Part shown: positions 53,897-64,000 of the stretch, piece after piece
Layout: each line of letters starts with the position of its first letter
Position numbering within the stretch: the stretch's first letter is position 1
Source: Eledone cirrhosa
Lineage: Eukaryota
Assembly: GCA_964016885.1 (NCBI GenBank)
Contig: OZ024744.1
Location: 104,656,001 to 104,720,000, forward strand
Reading direction: 5' to 3'
Length of the DNA: 64,000 bases
The notes under the pieces: generated by a model
What the model saw: only the letters and a program-made list of their open reading frames with translations
Told to the model about the DNA's origin: nothing
The model's database searches: none
Translations under genes and position numbers: made by a program

Positions 53897-55187
53897 ATCA
53901 TCATCGTCATCAACGTTTAACGTCCGTATTCCACGCTTGCATGGGTTTGGATGGGGGTATTCCCACTTGAGGCAAAAGTGATTGTCTTGCTCGCATAGGA
54001 CTGTCTGGCAGGTTTTCTACAGTTGGATGCCCTTCCTAACACCAACCACATTTACAGTGTGGGTCTGGGAGGTTTTTACCGTGTTGCCTACACGGCCACA
54101 TTACAGCGTGGACTGTGTGTTTTTTTGTCATGACACCTACACGATCTCATTTCTTTCGGCCTGGATGGTGTGGCACCAACATAACTTTACATAGAACGGG
54201 GTGGTGTGGATGGAGTGGGGGTGGTGGGATGGGGGGGGGGGGGGGGGTATTTTGTTAGAGATGCCTACTGGCTGTAGTAGGTTTTACTATGTATTTAGGT
54301 AAGGCGGGTCTTCTCTATTACTGAGTACCGCCAAAGGTCTCGGTCCAGTGACATTGTCTTGGAGAGGTGTAAGTGTGTGAGGTCGGAGTTTATCAGCTCG
54401 TCCCAGGTTTTTCTAGGTCTGCCTATTCCGTGGCTACCGTCTATCTTTATTGCCCTGCACTTTGTTATACAGCTATCGACTTTCATGCGCATCACGTGTC
54501 CATACCAACGTAGCCTTCTCTCGAGTAAACAACATCTGATCCCTCTTATTTCTAATTTTTTCCTTAGTTCGTTTATGCTTTGCCGTTCATGTATATTACT
54601 ATTACACATCCAGCGGAGCATGCAAGCTTCGTTCCTCTCTAGTCTGCGTATATCCTCTGCACACAATGCCCAGGTCTCACTGCCATGCAACATTGCTGTT
54701 CGTATGCAGGCATCATACAACCTGCCTTTCATTTTTAGGGAGAACCCTTTAGCGGCTAATAGTGGTATAAGCTCTCTGAACTTTTTCCATCCAGTTCTGA
54801 CTCTAGCTACTGTACTTTCAGAGCACTCTCCCCCACTGCTGATTTTGTCACCCAGGTAACAGAAGCTGTCCACTATTTCTATAGAGCCCTCTGCGCAGTT
54901 GTAAGAGCTAGTATTTTGTGGGCACTTGCTGCTACTTATTGCACCAGAGCACCAGCCACATGTAAAATCTATGTTCTTAGTTAGCTTACCTGTGATCCCA
55001 CTACATCTTTTATGCACCCATACTTTGCATTTGGGACATAAAATGGAGTTTCTACCTACGCCTTTCCTACACACTGAGCATGGCCATTTCCCGGAAGGGA
55101 CCGCCGCCTTATTTTCTTTCCTACAAACTAGAACTTTAGTCTTAGCCAGGTTAATTTTAAGGCCTTTTGATTCTAGGCCGTGCTTCA
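53897..55187 (-). mobile_element. Young 5'-truncated RTE LINE with intact ORF C-terminus
   Basis: Uninterrupted ORF of about 297 aa to the stop at 54295: GLKINLAKTKVL, WPCSVC...CPKCKVWVHKRC, FCYLGD, RLRWYGHVMR, GRPRKTW; 3' UTR and (GAT)n tail. Confidence 0.93.
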
Positions 55188-55197
55188 TATATATATA

Positions 55198-55237
<40 letters not shown>

Positions 55238-55514
55238 TAAATATATATATATAAATACATATATATATATATATACATATATATATTAGAAAGTGAGGTT
55301 TTTTTTACAAAATGAAAAATAACAGAGGTGTCCTACACGAGTGAAAGTATAAAGAAAAAGAGATGAAATCGAAAATGCAACTGGAGTCTAATTTTTTTTA
55401 AAAATATATATATTTATTTGGTTCCTTTACCAGTTTCGCAGTTCTGCTTTTCAAAAGGTGAGTTGAGATGGAGGGTCTGCGGTTTATATATATATATATA
55501 AATATATATATACA

Positions 55515-55742
55515 TCTGCTGTAGAAATGAGATGATAGGGACTGAGGGTCCCTATCATTCCACTGCAATGTGGTCGTGGAGGTGCCACGGCAAAAAATCA
55601 CCCAGCACTCACTGTAAATGAGGTTGGTGTTAGGAAGGGCATCCAGCTGTAGAAATCAAGCCAGAATCAGTTCCCGTCCCACCCTTGTAAACAGGGAAAA
55701 GTGGACGTAAAATGAAATGATGAAATGATGATGAATGATGAT
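55515..55742 (+). mobile_element. SINE 3' portion
   Basis: Same sequence as 53060-53280 (inverted) and 61950-62177. Confidence 0.8.
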
Positions 55743-55833
55743 GTACATATATATATACATATATATATATATATACATATATATATACATATATATATAT
55801 ATATACATATATATATACACATATATATATATA

Positions 55834-56409
55834 CATGTATCCCAGTACAACCTGTCTCATGGTCGGGTCGTTGGCGACTAAACTGGCAACCCCACCAAGG
55901 TTTCTTGGTGAGGAGGGTGACTTTGGACATCCTGCAGGATAAAAACAAAACCTGTCAAAGGGCAAAGGAGCTCTTAAGAGTCAATGGCCATCCAAAATCA
56001 CTGGGAGAGATGACCCCTTAGCCTTTGTCAAGGCAGAATTCTAGGAGAAGGAAAACTCTAATATAACACCTGCAACCCTGATGGTATCCAATGATGTTGA
56101 CTTGTTCTTCTTTTTGGTAAATATCATCTTGGTTAAGAGAGTGGGACTGGCTTTGTGCAGTGCCTTTGCTCACTATAAAAGCTTCACGGCACAGGCATTG
56201 CTTTATATCTGGAGATCTCTCTGCACTTGTCGTCACATGGTACCAAAGGCAAAGCACTATGTGTCGATAATTGTCACAAGTGTAGTGTTTGTACCAGAGT
56301 TTTCAAGTCGCTGGCTGGACTAAAAAGTCACACTCGTTCAGCGCATCGGTAGGGGTTCTCCTACATGGATATAAAGTAGTGGCCGTACTCGAAAACGAGT
56401 TGGCAGCCA

Positions 56410-56411
<2 letters not shown>
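55834..56411 (+). mobile_element. Short non-autonomous retroelement, probably an RTE deletion derivative, copy 1
   Basis: Inverted high-identity copy at 58819-59410; 3' part encodes [22 protein letters not shown], a C2H2-like finger; sits in (TA)n. Confidence 0.65.
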
Positions 56412-57793
<1,382 letters not shown>

Positions 57794-57840
57794 TATATAT
57801 ATATATATATATACATATATATATACATATATATATATAC

Positions 57841-57881
<41 letters not shown>

Positions 57882-57888
57882 TATATAC

Positions 57889-57941
<53 letters not shown>

Positions 57942-57942
57942 A

Positions 57943-58003
<61 letters not shown>

Positions 58004-58150
58004 CATATATATACATATATATATACACATATATACATATATATATACATATATATATACATATATATATACATATATATACATTTATATATATATACAC
58101 ATATATATATATATATATACACACATATATATATATATATATACACACAC

Positions 58151-58191
<41 letters not shown>

Positions 58192-58210
58192 CATATATAT
58201 AGATATATAT

Positions 58211-58251
<41 letters not shown>

Positions 58252-58264
58252 TATATATATACAT

Positions 58265-58309
<45 letters not shown>

Positions 58310-58312
58310 CAT
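57794..58312. repeat. (TA)n/(CA) microsatellite
   Basis: Direct observation. Confidence 0.97.
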
Positions 58313-58314
58313 AC

Positions 58315-58490
58315 ATGGAGGCACATGGCTTAGTGGTTAGAGCATTGGCCTTGCAATCGAAAGGTTGTGAGTTCAATTCTCAGACCGGGTGATGTGTTGT
58401 TTCCTTGAGCAAGACACTTTATTTCACATTGCTCCAGTTTACTCAGCTGTAGAAATGAGATGATAGGGACTGGGGTCCATATCATTCCCC
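58315..58490 (+). mobile_element. tRNA-headed SINE, 5' portion
   Basis: Almost identical to the reverse complement of 53235-53410. Confidence 0.85.
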
Positions 58491-58501
58491 ATATATATAT
58501 A

Positions 58502-59431
58502 TTGTGTGCAGAGGATATACGCAGACTAGAGAGGAACGAAGCTTGCATGCTCCGCTGGATGTGTAACAGTAATATACGTGAACGGCAAAGCATAAACGAA
58601 CTAAGGAAAGAATTAGAAATAAGAGGGATCAGATGTTGTTTACTCGAGAGAAGGCTACGTTGGTACGGTCACGTGATGCGCATGAAAGTCGATAGCTGTA
58701 TAACAAAGTGCAGGGCAATAAAGATAGACGGTAGCCACGGAATAGGCAGACCTAGAAAAACCTGGGACGAGCTGATAAACTCCGACCTCACACACTTACA
58801 CCTCTCCAAGACAATGTCACTCGTTTTCGAGTACGGCCACTACTTTATACCCATGTAGGAGAACCCCTACCGATGCGCTGAACGAGTGTGAATTTTTTGT
58901 CCAGCCAGCGACTTGAAAACTCTGGTACAAACATTACACTTGTGACAATCATTGACATAGTGCTGGGCCCATGGTACCATGTGACGACAAGTGCAGAGAT
59001 CTCCAGATATAAAGCAATGCTTGTGCCGTGAAGCTTTTATATTGAGCAAAGGCACTGCACAAAGCCAGTCCCACTCTCTTAACCAAGATGATATTTACCA
59101 AAAAGAAGAACACGTCAACATCATTGGATACCATCAGGGTTGCAGGTGTTATATCAGAGTTTAAATTCTCCTAGAATTCTGCCTTGACAAAGGCTAAGGG
59201 GTCATCTCTCCCGGTGATTTTAGATGGATATTGACTCTTAAGAGCCCCTTTGCCTTTTGACAGGTTTTGTTTTTAGTCCTGCAGGATGTCCAAAGCCACC
59301 CTCCTCACCAAGAAACCTTGGTGGGGTTGCCAGTTTAGTTGCCAACGACCCGACCATGAGACAGGTTGTACTGGGATACATGTTACCAGTAGCACCAACT
59401 GGTAACCTGACATATATATATATATACATAT

Positions 59432-59490
<59 letters not shown>

Positions 59491-59786
59491 TGTTGGTACC
59501 ACAACATCCAGAGTCCGAAACAAATGAGGTTGTGTAGGTGTCACGACAAAAAAACACACAGTCCACGCTGTAATGTGGCCGTGTAGGTAACACGGTAAAA
59601 ACCTCCCAGCCCCACACTGTAAATGTGGTTGGTGTTAGGAAGGGCATCCAGCTGTAGAAAACCCGCCAGACAGTCCTATGTGAGCAAGACAACCACTCTT
59701 GCCTCAAGTGGGAAAACTCCCGTCCAAACCCATGCAAGCGTGGAAGATGGACGTTAAACGATGATGATGATGATGATGATGATGAT
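58502..59786 (+). mobile_element. Young RTE 3' end interrupted by an inverted retroelement
   Basis: 58502-58821 nearly identical to the reverse complement of 54347-54667; 3' UTR resumes at about 59487 and ends in (GAT)n at 59786. Confidence 0.85.
58819..59410 (-). mobile_element. Short non-autonomous retroelement, copy 2
   Basis: Reverse complement of 55834-56400, with an extra 5' hairpin GTTACCAGT-TGGTGCT-ACTGGTAAC. Confidence 0.65.
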
Positions 59787-60768
59787 ATATATATATACAT
59801 ATATATTAGAATTGGTGCTCTGAAATAGCTACATATATATATATTGGTGCTCTGAAATAGCTACATATATATAGTTTATTTTGCAATACACAGTATGCTT
59901 AATTAAAAGCATTTCAAAGACCTTATGCTATTGTTTTAGAGTAGTGACAGTCTCACTTACTTTAATTTTCAGCAAACAGGGGAGATAAAGCTGACAAGGC
60001 CCTGTTTTGCATTTTCTGTTGCTTATCAAAGCCAACTACTCCTACTGTTTGCTAAAAATCATGGATGTTTGATTCTTATAGAATTCTAGTAAATAATCAG
60101 GAACTGATTATACAGAGCGGTTGCCGGTCAAGCAGAAATTGAAAATTAGAATTGGTGCTCTGAAATAGCTATATATATATGAATGTATATATAGTGTATT
60201 TTGCAATACACTGTATGCTTAATTAAAAGCATTTCAAAGAACTTATGCCATTGTTTTAGAGTAGTGACAGTCTCACTTACTTTAATTTTCAACAAACAGG
60301 GGAGGTAAAGCTGATATACGTCTGAAAGTATATACTTTCCTTATGCATATTAACGGCATAAGGAAAGTATATACTTTGTAAATGTAAATATATATTATTT
60401 CTTTATTTCTTTCTTTATTTATTTATTTATCTAGCCTAACAATAGCTAGAGACTTAGGTCGTAGAACTTGTTTTTATACTTTTTTTTCTTTACACTTATT
60501 CGCTTTTCATCACTCTCAGTATTTTTTCTTTCATATATATATTTTTACCCCTCATTGTTCTACCTACCGTTCCGACTTCCTCCCCCTCCCCAGTATCTTC
60601 TTTGACCTCATGCCCAGCTGTAGCTGGCACTACCAACGCATGATTGGGTCTACTCCACCCCCTCCCCTTTTTCTCCTACTGGCAGGTTTAGCCACCATCT
60701 CCCCTACTAATTTGCAATCACAGAATTACTACTGACTCCTGACAATCACTTTGACCATATATGGAATT

Positions 60769-60862
60769 ACCCCTTGAGAAGCTCGGCTATTTAAATACCA
60801 GGATAAATTTTCATTTAGTCCAGAATTAGCCGTCGAAACGGCTTGAGCTCAGCCGTCGGGGT
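60769..60862 (+). ncRNA. Type I hammerhead ribozyme, U3-A8 core variant
   Basis: Stem I ACCCC/GGGGT, core TTGAGAA, stem II G..CGGCTA/TAGCCG..C, GAAA, stem III ACGGCT/AGCCGT, GUC triplet at 60855-60857. Confidence 0.72.
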
Positions 60863-60914
60863 CTTACTGGTTCCTATTACCCACTCTACTACCCTAAGTA
60901 TTGAGTACTTTGAA

Positions 60915-61392
60915 TCAGTGTTTGGGCACCATGGCCCACTCGAGCAGAGAGTTATTGTTTACGGAGGCATATCCAGGTGTAGGAGGCTTATCCGGCATTT
61001 CTTGAAGGGATTTATCCAAAGACTTCTTGAACTTGATGGGGTCTGTCTCTGCTTTGATGTGTTTTGGTGTAATGTTAAAGAGTGCAGGGCCAATTGAGGT
61101 GAAATAATTGTGCCGTATTGTTGTTATGTGATGCAAGTGGGATTTTTGTCGTGGGTGGATAGCACGGGGCCCCAAGCCTTGGGTGTACACTAAAGGTGAT
61201 GCCAACATCATTTAGGCTAAGTTGATGGAATATTTTCCACATCATACAGATGATGTAGCGCTCACGGCGACGTTGAAGAGAATAAAGTTTGAGCTTTTCT
61301 AAACGACCCCAATAGTCAAGGCCTGTCATGCCAACTATCTTTTTTGTAATTGACCTTTGGGGTGCTTCAACTTTGATGATACCTTTGTTTCG
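60915..61392 (-). mobile_element. CR1/Jockey-group LINE 3' fragment
   Basis: QRSITKKIVGMTGLDYWGRLEKLKLYSLQRRRERY...FKKSLDK, a typical post-RT C-terminus; frameshifted. Confidence 0.85.
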
Positions 61393-61580
<188 letters not shown>

Positions 61581-61599
61581 GGACCGACAGAGAGAGACC

Positions 61600-61927
61600 C
61601 CTTTGGTCATGAATGACCTTGGGCTTTGAACCCACAAAGTTCCCCGCCAAGACAAGTCAGGGCAAGGTGTTTAGGTGGAAGACCATCCGTTGCCAATAGA
61701 TACCAGTCTCCCCTCTCCATGCCACCGATATTGTCCAAGGGAAAGGCAAAGGTGATACAACTTAGCACCAGTGATGTTGCAACTCATTTCTACAGCTGAG
61801 TAAACTGGAGCAACATGAACTAAAGTGTCTTGCTCAAGGACACAACACATTGCCTAGTCTGGAAATCAGACTCATAATGTCACAGTTACAAGCCCAATGC
61901 TTTAACCACTAAGCCATGGGCCTTCAT
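61600..61927 (-). mobile_element. tRNA-headed SINE, older copy
   Basis: Minus strand tggcttagtggttaaagcattgggcttgtaac...gttgtgtccttgagcaagacacttta. Confidence 0.75.
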
Positions 61928-61949
61928 ATATATATATATATATAAATAT

Positions 61950-62177
61950 AGTTTACTCAGCTGTTGAAATGAGATGATAGGGACTGGGCTCCCTATCATT
62001 CTACTGCAAAGTGGTCGTGGAGGTGCCACGGCAAAAAAGCACCCAGCACTCACTGTAAATGAGGTTGGTGTTAGGAAGGGCATCCAGCTGTAGAAATCAA
62101 GCCAGTATCAGTTCCCGTCCCACCCTTGCAAGCAGGGAAAAGTGGACGTAAAATGAAATGATGAAATGATGATGATG
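61950..62177 (+). mobile_element. SINE 3' portion with (GAT)n tail
   Basis: Matches 55515-55742. Confidence 0.8.
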
Positions 62178-63499
62178 ATATATATATATATATATATACC
62201 ACAACTTCACCCACCACCTATGTCCCCTTCAGATCCACTCCTTAACTACTGCACCCTAGTAGCTACTCTCTCTATCTCTTGCTTAGCTTCCACCCCATCC
62301 ACCCCTTACCCCATCACCTATCTCTCCACCACCACACCACTCTCTATCCAGCACATCCCCACTCCCTGTACACTAGCCAGTTAGCCCCTACCTCCTGCCT
62401 ACATCTCCACCACACCCCATCTCCACCATATTCACCTCATCCCTCACACCACTGCAACCTCATACACTAATCAGCCACCTTTACCCTTTACTTATTGCCC
62501 TGCCAAATCACCACAAACACCTATAACTTAATACCTATCTCCCTCCCCTAATCCCCCCTCCCCAGAGTTGAGAGGGCTCTATAGTTGGGTCTATGACCAA
62601 CAACCTCTCTAGTGATGGTGCCACAAAAATACACCCGGTACACTCCGTAAGGTTGGTTGGTAACAGGAAGGGCACCCCGCTATAGAAACTGTGCCTAAAA
62701 ATGTTCAGAGGACCCTTCAGCTGTGTCAAAGACTCAGCAACCTCTCTAGTGTTGGTGATCAATACAATAAATGCACTCAATACATGCTATATAGAGGTTG
62801 GTGGTAGAAAAAGAATCTCAGGATAATGGATAGCACTGTCGCAGTCAACAACATTGTCAATAGATTTATAGATCTGGCTACCTCCAGGGATCATTTGTAA
62901 AAGATTTTGTTGATAGCCTCATGTTCTGAGAAGGGGGGGGGGGGTGCAAGGTTTGCTCTTTCACACATTGGAGAACACTTAATTAACTAAGCTTACAATG
63001 CACAACAGTACAAAATGATGAAGGATCAAAACATCCTTCAGTGTCAAGGGATTGCATCTCTATAAATTTAAACGGCTGAGAAGTGCTTATCTATAACTCC
63101 ATGTGTCTCTCTCCCTTCTCGCCTCTGTTAATCCCACGGTAGAAATCAAGGGACCCCCCTCCCCCATCCCTTTTCTGGAAAAGAAGGCAATTGCAAGGAT
63201 GTCAGAGGTCAGAAAACAAAAATTTCTTCACAATCTCCAGCGGGTGATTTTCTATAAATTTAAATGGTTAAGAAGTCCTTATTTGTTACCCTGAGGGTCC
63301 CCCTCACTCCATGTTTTCGTTTACGGAAAAAAAGTCATTGGTGAGTGAATCAGATGTCAGATTATTTAAAAACAAAGGAAAAAAACCTAGAAAAGAAAAA
63401 AACTCCCACAGAAGAAATTTCCGAGGATCGTAAAATCCGAGGGCCACCCATTTTGTTTTCGGACAGAAAAAAAAATCGATTGTGAGCATGTCTGAGGTC

Positions 63500-64000
63500 A
63501 TATTAGCCGAAAAGAGGTAGTCATGGTTCTAGGACAGCATTCTTTACCATATGAGATGTAATCTGGTGTACCACAGGGATCTGTTCTTGGTCTCCTTTTG
63601 TTTGTTGCAAACATTAATGACATAGATGCCAACTTAAAGAATGCCACAGTACTGAAATATGCAGATGACATCAAGCTGTACCTTGAAATCAAAAGGACAG
63701 ATCCTGAAATCTATAACTCTTTCCTACAATCAGACCTGGACACAATGCAGCAATGGATCACAGACTGGCAACTGAAGCTGACTGTGGACAAGTGTACCAC
63801 CATGCATTTTGGGATGAAAAATCCAGCGTCCAGATACTCCCTCCACAACACTGATATCAAGAAGACCTCTTGTGAACGTGACCTGGGCATTAGTCAGCAG
63901 CATTGTGCGTTGGACAAAGCATGTCTCTAAGATTGTCAAGAAGGCTGAGGGTGTCTTGGCATCACTCAGCAAGACCTTTGTTAGCCGCTCTCCAGCCATC
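63500..64000 (+). mobile_element. CR1/Jockey-group LINE RT fragment, runs off the window
   Basis: SGVPQGSVLG, YADDIKLY, LQSDLDTMQQW...WQLKL...KC, ERDLGI; frameshift near 63895. Confidence 0.9.

Noticed and set aside
58317-58390. tRNA gene (also about 53335-53408 on the minus strand)
   Set aside because: No proper acceptor stem, and it continues into the shared SINE body; it is a SINE head.

Overview
Eukaryotic, repeat-dense genomic DNA; the SINE/RTE families and (TA)n tracts look cephalopod (Octopus-like), which is an inference. Bases 1-36385 are one giant 27-bp tandem array (consensus CTAGCCCTTGTTCTGCCACTATAGTAT, about 1350 units, continuing past the left edge); all ORFs there are repeat artefacts. 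The only host gene is NECAP (adaptin ear-binding coat-associated protein) on the minus strand: four coding exons at 49532-49432, 47416-47315, 44692-44611 and 40428-40320 splice in frame. No first or C-terminal exon was found, so the array probably lies in a NECAP intron. The introns hold RTE and CR1-type LINE fragments, tRNA-SINEs, two Helitrons, a piggyBac-like MITE, a MULE remnant and Penelope-like (PLE) remnants. Most notable: (i) the giant array runs straight into the zinc-finger segment of an RTE LINE remnant and may have been seeded from it, and a second RTE copy has its own 11x69-bp amplification; (ii) four hammerhead-ribozyme motifs lie within 8 kb, including a well-formed U3-A8 core variant. 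TE boundaries are approximate unless TSDs or termini are quoted.
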